Assembly (NCBI GenBank): GCA_964234715.1
Contig: OZ174285.1
Direction: 5' to 3' (one strand)
DNA from: Podarcis melisellensis
Lineage: Eukaryota
Length of the DNA stretch: 64,000 nucleotides
A program made the position numbers and the translations under genes. Shown here one piece after another: positions 51,401 through 64,000 of the stretch. The number at the start of each line of letters is the position of its first letter. The first letter of the stretch is position 1. Below the pieces are notes generated by a model that was given only the letters and a program-made list of their open reading frames with translations, was not told the origin of the DNA and made no database searches.

Positions 51401-51972
51401 TCAGTGACAGGCTTTATATATACTAGGGATGGGGAACTTATGGCTCTTCAGACAATGTTGGAATCTAGCTCCCATCTTGTTCTGCAAGCATTGGTCAGGA
51501 AAGATGGGAGTTCAAAAAGGTATAGAGGACTGCATCAAGTTAATTATCTTATAAAGCTCATGAGAAATTGATTTTGAAAGGTATCTAACCAGGAAAAGCA
51601 GTTCAGTTTGGGGTGAATTATTTATTCATTATATATGTAGAGTGCCCACCCCAATTACTAAATCCAGAAGTTAGGTGGAAGGGGAGCCATTCTGCTGGAC
51701 GTGAAATAATCCAGTCTGTGGACACTGAATAACCTCCATTGTTCTAAATGAAATTCAGAAGACTTCTACCCAGGTACTGACCAGGCCAACCTTTTTTTTC
51801 GTTTTGCTTATGAGATCTGACAAGATCAGCCCTTGTGGTTTTATTTGTATTCTTGGAAGCCTTAGGGAGAGAAATAACTGGAGCAGCAATGAAATCTAAC
51901 CTTGCTATATAACATAACCAAAGACATATCAGTAGGCCACTGGAAAAACAGCCATGTATGACAGTGAATATC

Positions 51973-52143
51973 TAAAGGGTAAAGGGACCCCTGACTATTA
52001 GGTCCAGTTGCGGACGACTCTGGGGTTGCGGCGCTCATCTCGCTTTACCAGCCGAGGGAGCTGGCGTACAGCTTCCAGGTCATGTGGCCAGCATGACTAA
52101 GCCGCTTCTGGCAAACCAGAGCAGCACACAGAAATGCTGTTTA
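51973..52143 (-). mobile_element. Sauria SINE, 3' half only
   Basis: Matches the other copies from the tail up to GCTGTTTA, where a transposon TIR begins. Confidence 0.9.
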
Positions 52144-52585
52144 CCGTATTTTTCGCTCTATAGGACACACTTTTTCCCCTCCAAAAATTAAGGGGAAATG
52201 TGTGTGCGTCCTATGGAGCGAATGCAGGCTCCTTGGCTTCAGCGATAGCAACACGAAGCCTCCGAAGGGCAGAGGGAGCGCTTCTTCCGCATTCCGGAGG
52301 ATACGCGTTGCTTTCGCTGAAGCCTGGAGAGCGAGAGGGGTCGGTGCGCACCGACCCCTGTTGCTCTCCAGGCTTCAGGGATAGCTGCCTGAAGCCTTTG
52401 GAGGGCAGCGGGACCTCGCGCTGTGCTCCGAAGGCTTCGGGTTCCTTTTGCTGAAGCCGAGAATACTCTTCTGGCTTCAGCAAAAGGAACTTGAAGCCTT
52501 TGGAGGGCAGCAGGAACTCGTGCTGCGCTCCGAAGGCTTCAGGGATCTTTGAGGCTGGCGGTGGGAGAAAGCAGCACCAGCCCCA
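52144..52585. mobile_element. Tc2/pogo-like non-autonomous transposon, left part only
   Basis: TA|CCGTATTTTTCGCTCTATAGGACACAC TIR and subterminal GTGCGTCCTATGGAGCGAA; interior made of GAAGCC/GGCTTC hairpins; no right TIR seen. Confidence 0.75.
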
Positions 52586-55185
52586 CAAGCAGCATCATAC
52601 AGCATCACAAGAACTATAGTTCACAGAGTTCCTTGTGAAAAGGGATTGACTATTAAACCACTCTGGAAATTGTAGGTCTTTGTGGGGGTATGGGGGTCTC
52701 CGAAGAATTCACAGTACTGTTGTTAGCAAGCTACAGTTCCCTGTATTCTTTGAGGGAAAACATGACTGTTTAAAGTGATATGATGGATCAGATATATGAA
52801 TGTGATCCTTGGTGTTTAAAAAGGTGTAAATTGCCTATATTTGAATTGGTACAAGCTTCTTTAAGCACATACAACTTTCGTTGTTAACCTTTCAGTTGGA
52901 GACTACATCAGTCAGTTGTGGTGACTGATGGGATTGTTAGAAGTATGTGTGTGTTTTTAATACCTGTTTTGGTTCTGGTGGCTTACTGTTACAGAACAAA
53001 CAAACATTAAAATGCTATTTGTCTAATAGTTTTCTTTCTAACCGTAAGGAAACTGGAAACGAGAGAGATGCCCCAGGGCCATTGCAATTTCCAAAATAAT
53101 ACCATAAAAACTAACCTAGTAGCAATTTTATTTTTAATTGATTTACTTATCAATTATCTCCTTGATTTTCATTTTGAAAATACACAAACTGTTACAAGCC
53201 AAAGGTTGCAGAATTCATGACTATTTAATTGGGATATATGACGTATATATCAGAAATATATAGAAACATCTGTTGAAGTTAACTGCAAAAATGTGACAAA
53301 GATTTATGAACTGGAAAATAAACTTTGGACAAGCATAGAAGATGAAATATGGGCAAGTATATGGATTGTATGGATTTAAAATAAATTAATATACTGATGG
53401 TATTTAATCCCATCAAAGATTGCTAAATAAGATCACAAAAGTAAATTCATTACATTGTTGCCTAGGTTATTATCTTGTCTATTGATAAAGGGCTTCCCAC
53501 AGGACACAGTCATACAGGCTGTAATCCATGCAGATTTCAGACCCATGGTTTGAAGTTGAATTGTTTTGAACAAGCCATAGTTAAGATTAGCCACAGTTTG
53601 TAGGACTTGAATAACATGACAAGCTGTGGTTAATTTAAAAAAATGGAAGTGAAAGCTTCACAGCTCTGATGATTGCATCAGAAAAAAGGAACGAGGCGAG
53701 GGAGGGGGGCATGCAAGTCCAGAGATAGTTGCAAAGTCTGATTCCTGGGACCATAATATATTTTTCAATTTGGCACCCAGACACAGCCATGATGGGGCAT
53801 ATTTTTTAAAGTGCTTGAGCACATGACGACTGTGATGGTCGTGGGGTATATACCCTGAATACAGAGAAGTAAGGGAAATAGTTGTTTACTATGTAAAGTC
53901 AAAAGACAAGAGGTAGATTTATGCCAAAATATATTGGACAGTCTTTCAGATGCCACAAGACTTAATTGATGGTGTTGCTTTGAGAAAACTAAGGTATCTC
54001 GTTACCTTCTGGAATGTAACAACTAATATTACATGCAGTGGAGTTTAAAGACATGGTCTGGTGATAAAGCAGCTGGCAAACTGAACATAAAAGCTGGTGG
54101 TTTGCATGCATTTTGAAGCATGCTTTCATAGGTTAAGCTTTCATAGGTTAAGCTTGCAATTTAATAATTGAGAGGATTGATTTGTGGACCCAGTCACAGT
54201 GAGTCTGAGGTTGCTGGGGTGGGGGCACAGGAAGCAATAAGCGACGTGGCATTTTTGAGATTGGCGTGGCCACAGTTTTATTGAGTACAGATGTCAGTAG
54301 GCCTAGGGATTGGGTATGTATCCCAACCATCCCGATTGCTGGCTGATGACTTCATCAGGGTGAAACCTGGGTTAAGGATCAACATATGATGCACATCAAA
54401 TATGGGTGATTCCTCCAGGATGCCATTGGGGAGTTCTATGGCTCCTTGTCTGCCCCCCATCTGGGCATACAGACAGAATCCTTCCCCTTGGAGATGGGAT
54501 TTAAATACTGTATGGGTTTCTGTGGTTCTATTATAGCAACATTTAATTTCTAGAGTGCTGTGGCTTTCCTATTTTTGCTTCTAGAAGTCAAGTAATAAAA
54601 ATTGAAGTGTTTCGAGGAGAAAACTTTTTAAAAACTTTTTTTAAAAACAGTCTAGACTTGTTTGACCAGAGGTATTTGATATTGCCCATATAAAATCTTA
54701 GTAATACTCAGAGTGGACCCATTGAAAATCAGTGGCCTTAAGTAACTTAAATTCCTCCAATTTCTGACTTCAGCATCTCATAACTAAAACGTTCATGCTT
54801 TGGATTCTTCCCACATTTATATGCACTTTGGTGCAGCATTTCCTTCTGCCAAAGAAACAAACAGGTATTGTTTTAGTTGCAGATAAACAACCGCAAGGTA
54901 GGTGTAATGGCATTCACTCATCCTTTCTCCCCCCATGCCCCCCTCTTCTCCTCAACTGTTGAAAGTGATTATAATCTCCTCAAGGGAACCTTTTTTCTAT
55001 GTTATTGTGTGCCACTACCAATCAGTTTATATAATATAAAGTGTATAGTACCTTACTAATGTTATGTAGGTGAGGAATAATAATACGAATCAGCTTGTCT
55101 GCTTGGCCAACAAAGCTCTCTTGGGTATTTGTACTTCTACTGCATGTACATAAATAGATCTTTGTGTCCCCAGGATTGTATAAAA

Positions 55186-55321
55186 CAGGCTTCCTCAACC
55201 TCGGCCCTCCAGATGTTTTTGTCCTGCAACTCCCATGATCCCTAGCTAGCAGGACCAGTGCTCAGTGATGCTGGGAATTGTAGTCTCAAAATATCTGGAG
55301 TGCCAAGGTTGAGGAAGCCTT
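55186..55321. mobile_element. Short hAT-type MITE, intact
   Basis: AGGCTTCCTCAACCT / AGGTTGAGGAAGCCT TIRs; TSD GTATAAAA / GTATAGAA. Confidence 0.88.
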
Positions 55322-55781
55322 GTATAGAATGATACAGACCTTGATGCAGTGGCTAATTTATTCAGTTATTTGTTGCTGTTGAGTTCATTTTTCTGCTTAA
55401 AGTCCTTTACCTCATGCTCAATTATCAAATGATTGCTTTAAAAATAGTGTTTGGTGCATATGGCATCATAATAAAAGGGTATGGTTTTTAAGAGAGCTAA
55501 TCTTTAGCCAAGTAGGTGGTATGGTTAGAGCTGGGAGCATACCATCAGAACTTGTAAGGAGTGGTTGTATAGTTTCTGAGGCATGCTGACAGATAGTTGA
55601 AAAGTACCAAAACTGAATTTTTCATTAAAAACTTCTGTTTAAATTTGAAGCCCAAATATTTTCTGGATACTGTATTCTCAAAATATATTTTTGTATGCGT
55701 TAAATTGCCAAATGATTTTTGGTTTCTGAAAGCAACAATATCTGATTGCCATGTCATAGTGCTTTGTAGTATTTGTCAGTA

Positions 55782-55958
55782 CAGTGGTACCTCAGGTTAC
55801 AGACACTTCAGGTTACAGACTCCGCTAACCCAGAAATAGTACCTCAGGTTAAGAACTTTGCTTCAGGATGAGAACAGTAATTGCGTGGCAGCGGGAGGTC
55901 CCATTAGCTAAGAACGGACCTCCAGAACAAATTAAGTTCTTAACCTGAGGTACCACTG
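55782..55958. mobile_element. Tc1/mariner (Tigger-like) MITE with internal deletion
   Basis: TIRs CAGTGGTACCTCAGGTTA / TAACCTGAGGTACCACTG and TA TSD; shorter than its sister copies. Confidence 0.9.
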
Positions 55959-58408
55959 TATTGCTAGCAGATACACAGTGGCAGTGTGTAATCATTGTGC
56001 TTGTCATTGCAAGAAAGGAGTCAGACTCTGGTGGGGTGTGTGTGTGTGAAATGAATCCAGGCCTGGAACTACAGGCAGAGAGAGGCTAATACTCCTCCTT
56101 CAGAGGCATGTGGGCTCTGACCAGAATGTACACTGAGCTTCTGCACCCTCCAGTTCTGCGTAAGGACTTGTTTTCTGAACCTCCTCCCCAGCTCTAGACT
56201 TGAAGCTGGAAATTAGAGAAGATTCCGCCTGACCTTCTGCATTTAAGTTTTAAGACAAAGTTAGGGAAAACACCCTGTCCCCTGGAAAAGGGATTTCACA
56301 ACCAATTTCTAATTGAATTCTCCTTCAAACTTTGGCAGATTTCTGAATATTAATTCAAGATACAAAATCAATTCCTTTAAACCTTTCCTTTTGATATATT
56401 GTGATTTCTAAGGTGGTTGTGTTAAGATTTCTCATCATGGAATGACTTTCATATATGATAATTCTTATGGATCATGTCTAACTACCGTTGGACATTTACC
56501 AAATTAATGGGCTTTGTTTTGTTTATTTTGCTATTTTTATAATATCAGAACTAATAGATCATGTCCTTGTTTTGCTTGTGTGGTTTTTTTTGTTTTTGTT
56601 TTTTTGTTACCTGGACTTGTTTTCAGCTGTTTATCTGCACGCAAAGAACTTCCCCTGTATCCTTGATTCTTGGTTTGCTTTTATTTGGTTAATTCACTGG
56701 AACATCATGCTGTTCTGGTCACTAAAATACAGCAGTATTTTAGCCATCTAGTACTCCATGTTTCTAAATTTGTTTTTACTTTTCAAGCAAGCTTATTGGT
56801 GTGTGAAGTAGTTGTTGACTTTGGTGCATGAATTGTAAGTGTATTTTCTCCCTACTTCCCTACCCCAGCTATATGATCTCTTACCTGGTGTTGGAAGTGG
56901 ATACAAATAGTTGAAACCATATCCAGATAAGACTGAGGCAATCATACCAGGCAAGCTTTGTGAATTAGAGGTTGATATCTACTGAACATTTCGCCTAGCT
57001 TCCCAGATCACTTACTCTTACATTCTTTGAGTGCTCCTGGATCTGTTACCACCATTGTACCTCTAAATCTAGAAAGCAATAGGGCCAGGAATACTCCCAT
57101 CATTTTCAGCATGTGAGAAGGTTGCATTTTTTTCTGACAGATGCATATCTAGTAGTGGTTTGCTTTTTGGCTTGAATTTAGACTACTGCATTTATGTAGT
57201 GTTCTTTACTTCTTTTCAAAAACTTTACTTAATGCAGAATGTGATGAAGCACCTTCTGATAGCAGTGGGTTGTAGAGAACAAACCATGCTATTCCACAAG
57301 GATCAATAGACTAGGAGTTGCTGCCTTCTTTCAATTTGATGTTCTCAGAACTGCACAAACCATTATTTGGACCCAAGTCCTAATCATAAGAACCCATAGA
57401 CTTGGTGGCTGTCCCACAACTGTGGAACTATTTTGCACCAAAACTCCTCAAGGTCAGACCCTGATCATTTCACTGAAAGTGCTGTGATCTGTTTTCTTTA
57501 GGCTATCCTAAATAGGCTGACCTAATATGTGGTGATCACATAGTATTAGCATGAGTATGTTAGAAAGAATAAATCAGTTTTGTATGAGTGTATTCTTTGC
57601 TTCGTATTCTGTGCAATGCATGATTTCTCCTACACAGGGATTAATCCCAGTGTAAGAAATTGTGCTGTCTTAAAATAGAAAGAGGAAGCTAAAACATTCC
57701 TCAAGCCTCTACCATCTCATAATGTGAATAGCTGTGGCTTTAGAGATCTGCCTTCAGAGGAGAAAATGTTTTGTGTTCCCTAATAATCAGTTTAGACAGT
57801 ACAAGGACCAGACATCCACGTGAAGCTTACCACAATTCTCAGAACAATGGGTGACTTTCCTTATGACAACCCGGAGAGTTTTCTAGAGTGGCCCCGGCAT
57901 GAATTTTGTCCCCGATCCCACCTTAGTCTGCCATTTTTAGAGTACAGTACTGCAAAAAAGGTGGAATAAAAATTATAAGAAATTAAAAGTTATCATGTTT
58001 TTTCTGTCTCTGTTCTGTTTGAATTTGAAACATCAAGAAAAGAACTGACATTGTACTGACATCATAACGTATTTGTTCAGTCAGTTTCTGAGCCACTCAG
58101 CAATATCAGCTTTGGCTCAAGTCAGTGTATGCCACTGACAGGTGGTGTTGTGAACTACAGCATGACCGCAAAGTGGGTTGAGCTGCTGGCAATGTCAGAG
58201 GCCAAGGAGGAGGGGGGGAGAGGCTGGTGCGTGAGAGGGATGTGCAGGCAGGCAGCCCAGGCTTACTGTAGAGGCTTGATAAGGCCTCAGGGGAGAAGGG
58301 AGGAGTGGCTTTGGCAAGGAGGGGGTGGCCATGGGGAGTAAGGGGAGGGGTGGCTTAGGGTTGTTGCCTAGCTGCAGTTGGCAAGCGAAGCAAGCAGAGG
58401 CTCAGGTA

Positions 58409-58615
58409 CAGTGTTTCTCAAACTTGGGTCTTCAGCTGTTTGTTGGACTACAACTCCCATCATCCCTGACCACTGGTTCCATTTCTCACTTGCGCACTTG
58501 CAAAGCATGGCGGAGGGAATAGGCAACTAACATGCCTGATTTATCAGCCTGTTAATTGGGCAAGTTAAGAGTTGTAGTCCAACAACAGCTGGAGACCCAG
58601 GTTTGAGAAACACTA
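58409..58615. mobile_element. hAT-type MITE carrying an 88-bp foreign insert
   Basis: AGTGTTTCTCAAAC / GTTTGAGAAACACT TIRs; insert 58484-58571 matches 61159-61246. Confidence 0.88.
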
Positions 58616-61600
58616 CCCTAGTACAATAATAAAAACACAGCAGTAAAATAGTAAATTATCACTTAAAAATCTGGATAGGAAGACTTTTTCTGTACAAGGA
58701 AGCCGTCAATTCTTCATTTCTTTACCATTCTTTACTAGAATGGAAATGTTCAAATAAGAGAACAAAATCTCCGTTTTTCTCTAAACTATTCAGCTTGCTC
58801 CTCTTTCTTGTTATGTGGGAACCTAAGGATTAGTTTGCAAAGCCAAAATTTCTCACCAGAAATTATGGAACTCTTCAAACCTGATTGTGTCAACATTGCC
58901 ACCTATGGCAAAGCATGTGGCTAATTCTTTACTTTTATGTTTTCTTCCCTCTCCCATTGTTACTCGCCAGCGCAGATTCTCTTAAGAGTTCTTGGATTTT
59001 ATTTTTATTTCTAGGTGCTGGCATATCTCTAGCTGCCTAATTTATTGGTTTTTCCTGTGCCACTGTTTGCACATCAGTGCTTTCTCATGCGTTTCTGTAA
59101 CTGAGCTCAGGTGTGAATTCAGTCAGCTATGTTCATGGTTGTGTAATGTTGATGTCTGTTTATGGAACAGGGAACTTAATGCCAGGTTCTAGAAGCTTAA
59201 ACTGTGATGCTGCCAGAGACCAATTGCAGTTTAGTTTTTTCTCTTGATGATGCCGCCTTCTAAAGCCCAATGGACTTCTGAAGTGTCAAGGGCTACTTGC
59301 TATCATACTGGATAGGACCTTCAATTTCTGACTGTTTTTGACTTCAGTGTCTCATAACTAAAACGTTCACTCTTTGGATTCTTCCCACATTTATATGCAC
59401 AGATCAAGGTTCTATTGGGACCCTATTTTTGTTGTTATGTGTGTTGATATGGTGGTTTGGTGCCAAATGACATTTGGTGACCTTCCACGTTTTTCACTAG
59501 ACATAGTTTGGAGAAGGCAGACCAGCCATATATGATAGTTCATATACCTACCAGAATCGGTCATAAAAAGGCAGGATGAGGTCAGGGCATGGAGCTTCAC
59601 AGAATAGGGCATAATCTCTAGAAAATGCTTTTAAAGTGGTGTACAGCTATTGTTTAAATGTGCCTTGCCATAGTCAACACATGTATGACCATTAGAGATC
59701 AATCTAACACAATCCCTCTACATCTGTGTCAGTAGAGTTAAGTAAAAATTAAAAGTGCATGCAGAGCAGATAAGAGGATAGCAATCTTTGGTTCATTGAG
59801 AGTGTTGGGGGAGGTAGTTTAATCTTTCCCACCAATGCTTCCAATCCAGCCAAGATTGCTGTAGACAGCAATCTTGGCTGCACGTGGGGGGAAATGTTAA
59901 AATGTGTAGTGAGATGGTGCAGAGATCATGTGTGCCTGACTGTAGCTATTGACCCACTGTCCACCACTGCCTGTGTCCCTCGGGGCCGAAAGGGTTCCCC
60001 ATTCCTGCTTTAAACCATGATGGGATTGAGGAAGTTCAGGTTGGGGTTAGTAGAATATGTAAAGGAGATTGTGGATATTACTATCATTCCTTATTTCATT
60101 TTCTCTGATCATTTTCAGGGGAGTAGTTGGCAGTTGGAAGACTGCCAGTTCCTGAACCCCTAGTGAACATATGTCACAGTTATTGAGACAGAAGTTTATT
60201 CCTTAATGAGAAAGACATGTTCGTTAAAAAGCAAAACGTGCCCCAAAGTGGGAAGCCGCTTTGTAGCAGTTGCCCAGAAAAGACTGTATACTCTGCTGTT
60301 TTTAAGTAAATAGATATGCTGGGTGGTTTCAACTAACTTTCACTCAGAGTAAACCCACTAAAATTCATGGATCAAACCCATTTAGGAACTCCATTCACAC
60401 CACCTTGGATATAAATATACTAAACAAATGCCGTATTTAAAACCTTGATGGTGAAGGGTGTATGTTTGCAGGGAAGATAGTAAGAAAGGTCAAAATGATT
60501 GGTACATCAAAAGAAATTAATCCAAGATGTAGCTGGTTTCACCCTGAAAATAATTCCTTCCTTCATAGCCAGTTTTAGACACATCCCACTTTAATAAAAA
60601 CATAAATAAATATTAGAAAAATATTGTTTCCTCACTATTTCAGATGAGCAGAAAACCCAGGGCTCCCACAACAAGAATTTCAGCATGATTGATTATGCTT
60701 ATTAATTTCAATGGGTCTACTCGGAGTGAAATTAGCTATATTCCACCCAATCTGCAATCCCACTGATGTTTGATCAAGCTGCACATTGTGTTTGCTTGAT
60801 AACTCAGAAAAGGGGGGAAAGCCTTTTGTGTTGCAGCCAGTGGTGATTGTTGGCTCTGGATAAATGTAGGTCATTCTCCTGTTCGCCTCTAGAGACCTGC
60901 CCAAGGACGTAGTAGGCTCTTTATTCTTTTATGTTGTGTCTATTCTTGCTCGCTCCTCCCAATCATGTCATGTAAGCATGCCAGACTATTATTTATTCTG
61001 TCCCCCCCCATAAAATTTATATACTGCTTGATTGTAAAGGGGGGGGGAGGCTCGAATACTACATTCCCCCAGTCTCAAATCCCCTGGCAGGGTGAGGGCA
61101 ACAATAGAAGAGGAAGGAAGATGAAGCATATGAGCCAAAGGGGAATGGGTTACTCGCCTCTCACTTGCACACCTGCAAAGCATGGAGGAGGGAATAGGCA
61201 ACTGACATGCCTGATTTATCAGCCTGTTAATTGGGCAAGTTAAGAGATAATAGTTGTGAAAGTGACTTCCTCTAAAGCACATACCAATATAGTTCAGTTG
61301 AATTGGTACTGAACCAAGAGATGTGGTACATCTATGTGTGTTATAAGTTGGGTGGTGATATCTAGTCAGAGGGGAAGGAGAAATGAGACAAGGGAGCAGA
61401 ATTGGATCCTGGAGAGGAGCCCAGCAGTCTTGAAGCTGCTGATCTAGATGTGTCCTAATGGATTGTCCTGCCTTGGTTGCCCCAACCACCATATTAGAGC
61501 CCCCTGACTTGACAGTGGCACCGCATCCTGTCATTGAAGTGCTCCCTGCTCCTGGGAAGGCACCTAAGGCTAGACTGGAAAGTGAGCTGGCCAGGTCAAC

Positions 61601-63771
61601 TCTGCCTCCATCATAAACAACTGCACTTTTCAGATCCTCATGGATTCTATTTCAGAAATACAGAGCATCCTCAGTATTTCTTATCCCCTTATTTGATGAT
61701 GCTGTATCCTATTTAATTTTAATTTATGACACTATTAACTAAAGTGGTTTATTCTTTGTTAGTGTTTGAAGCTCTTTGGTGTTCTTCCCAGTGTTGGCTT
61801 GAGTGCACTAGCAATATCCTTTATCAGAGTCAGTTTTCAGGCTGGATTCATCAGCATCCCATGTCCTTATTTGTATTCACAGCCTTAGGTATGTATGTTG
61901 CTCTTCCTGGCTTTCAGTTAATGGCTCTTACTTAATGTTGCCTGATGAGCATCTCTTATTCAGTAAATCAGTCCTTGAAAATATATTTGTATTGTAGTAT
62001 TTTTAGGTACTGAATAATAGATAGACCTGAATCACCAAAGTTTTATCCCTCTTTAAAAACTGCATGAAACTGTGTCTTTGTTTTGTGGGAACAAAATTTA
62101 AAGCTGAAGGAGGCAAGAAGAAATGCACAAACTTAGCAAGATTCTAGTAGCTGTATAGCTGGAAAAACTAGTTTTTTTTGTTTGAATAATTTGCATCAAC
62201 CATCTGCTCTCATACTGCTAGGTAGTCTGTAGTTTCATAAATTGATTGGAAAGCAGGGGTGGCTCTTGCCCACTGGGATTGGTAAGCCATTATAGGCCAC
62301 TGTTGTGATGAAATAAACTACTAAATAGGTGGAGCCAGAGTCAATGACAGGTGAGGTCAGAGTCAACTAATTTTAGTTTTGTCGGATCTATGCCTTGAAT
62401 TAGACGGGGGGGGGGAATTTGAGATCGGACTGAGGTTGAAGGGGCAGTGCCCCTTTTACCCAAATACACCACCCAGCCTCCACTGCTGGAAATAATAAAA
62501 AGTAGATAGCTGAAAGACCATGCTTTTCACACTTGACTTAAGAAAATGATAGTTTGTACAAAGAACTTCTGCAGCAAATGCTTAAAATGGAAATGCCTTG
62601 ATAGCTGCCTTGAAATGCTTTGCTATCAGTTGGTGAACTTGTTAAAACATTTGCTAGCATAAGGGGATGTAATTAATTCATATTTGCTGGTCTGCAAGTC
62701 TTATGTGTAGATCTTCATTTACTGTAAAAACAAACAAACAAGAACCTATTTGTGGACACCAAGTTACTTTTGTATCTATTCAATAACTTCATATGCCAGT
62801 ATTCAGCATTGTGCTATTACAAATTTTCCATCTGCGCAAACCATCAGCTTGACAGGTGGATTGATCTCCCTCCTTTTTTGTGCTGTTCTGTGGGTTCTCC
62901 TAATACCCCCAGAACCAATTTGGGGGGCTTAGGAGGAGAAAAGGCCCTTTTGTTCCTTGCAGAGGGCTTCCGCTGATGGGGTTCATTAGGTTGAGCCTGC
63001 CCTTTAAAATGGATAAAACCAGAAGTTTAAAACATTTTGTAGCTTAACATTTTGGAACTTTTTGCCAGGGAAGGAGGCACTTTTTAACCTTTCCTTGCCC
63101 AGAAATCTCTCACCTGTCCTGCAACACCTTTTCACCCTGGTTCTTCTGATTGCTGTAAAAATCAGCAGAAATACTTTTTACTTCTAGTGTTTTTCCTCCC
63201 AGATCATTCTTAATAGGGTAACGATTGTGTGTGTCTTTTATTTGGCTACCTTAACTTTAACTGCTCAATATTTCACCAGGGAATAACTTTTGTCTTGCTT
63301 TTCTCTGTGACACTTTAAATTAAAAAAATGCTAAAAAATGCTAAAACTGTGTTGGTATTTTCTTTTATCAGCCTAGGAAGCAACAAAGCACCACCCTTGT
63401 GTGGTCTTTTAAATTCCATTTTAGCCCTATAATGTATGTTACCTGTCTGCAGTTTACCCTCTGACTATAATTCAGTTACTTCATTCCATGACAAGTTAAG
63501 ACGTGCACCGCCATGTTAAAGGAAAAACAGATTCCTTGATATCTGCCAAGAAGTTGTGAATAGGGATAAATGACATTCTGCCAAGGAAAGATGTCAACGT
63601 TTTCATCAGGCCTAATTTCCTTTTGTAGATTGTTCCTTACTCATTCAAAGTGGCTATGTAGAATGAAGTAAGCTAAGGTACATCTATCAGAAATCTTGTT
63701 TCATAGCAATTCCTCCCCCCCCCCGCCCCCATGGAAAAAAGTATGCAGCTTGTAATAATCTGGTCGACATA

Positions 63772-64000
63772 TAGTCGACCCCCAGCTTATGCACATTTAA
63801 CTTGCACGATCTCAGCTTTACGTGCTTGGTGGCTGAAATTGCACAAATTAAGCGCTCACAAAGTGGAGAGCTTTAAAGCTCTTTCCATGTCAAGTTCTCC
63901 AAGTGCAGAAAGAGCTTTTAAGCTCTCCGCCTTGCTTTCTAGGCTCTGGTACACTCTCATGAGATCTTGAATGGCCCCGTGAGAACTTGCCTCCCATAGC
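63772..64000. mobile_element. Tigger-like MITE, left part (probably runs off the window)
   Basis: TAGTCGACCCCCAGCTTATGCAC..TTAACTTGCACG start and repeated GAGAGCTTTAAAGCTCT palindromes. Confidence 0.5.

Larger units (their letters stand above)
31441..64000 (+). other. SSBP2: SSBP2 intron 1 (partial)
   Basis: Starts GTGAGT. No sequence encoding the expected next exon ([24 protein letters not shown]) was seen by eye downstream; this intron is long in amniotes. Confidence 0.8.

Noticed and set aside
52235-52545. Regularly spaced palindromic repeats superficially like a CRISPR array
   Set aside because: Vertebrate DNA, no cas genes, spacers are not unique, and it lies inside a transposon TIR.
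53300-53430. Possible L1/Tx1 ORF2 remnant (and an L1-like 3' end at about 21600-21940)
   Set aside because: Too degenerate to set boundaries or family without a search.
58893-58912. CTCF-like TGCCACCTATGGCA
   Set aside because: One base short of the CCACCTAGTGG core spacing; cannot be supported without ChIP data.
60989-61534. 181-aa minus-strand ORF
   Set aside because: No recognisable homology or exon structure; overlaps duplicated and repeat-like sequence.
61865-61895. Possible 6-nt microexon CAG|CCTTAG|GTATGT
   Set aside because: Weaker splice sites and no upstream TGC; it shows the chance background for microexon-like motifs.

Overview
Vertebrate genomic DNA, most likely from a lacertid lizard (inferred from five Sauria-type SINE copies and other squamate-type repeats). 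The one gene I can support is SSBP2 (single-stranded DNA-binding protein 2, an LDB1/LIM-homeodomain cofactor) on the + strand. Its CpG-island promoter lies at about 30.6-32.2 kb and its first coding exon ([20 protein letters not shown]) at 31382-31440. Intron 1 runs past the window end; I did not find exon 2. The upstream 30 kb and the intron are mostly SINEs, CR1 LINE fragments, hAT and Tc1/mariner MITEs, LTR remnants and microsatellites, plus several repeat-free, homeodomain-motif-rich blocks that may be conserved enhancers. Nearly all ORFs in the supplied track look spurious. I see no evidence of a wholly new biological system. The best leads are: (1) an upstream exon that would splice in frame onto the SSBP2 start codon and add 14 aa, (2) a candidate 3-nt microexon, (3) a MITE carrying 88 bp copied from 2.7 kb away, (4) an 88-bp-arm palindrome, and (5) a nested SINE/transposon composite built from hairpin modules. 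Repeat family names come from recalled motifs, not database searches.
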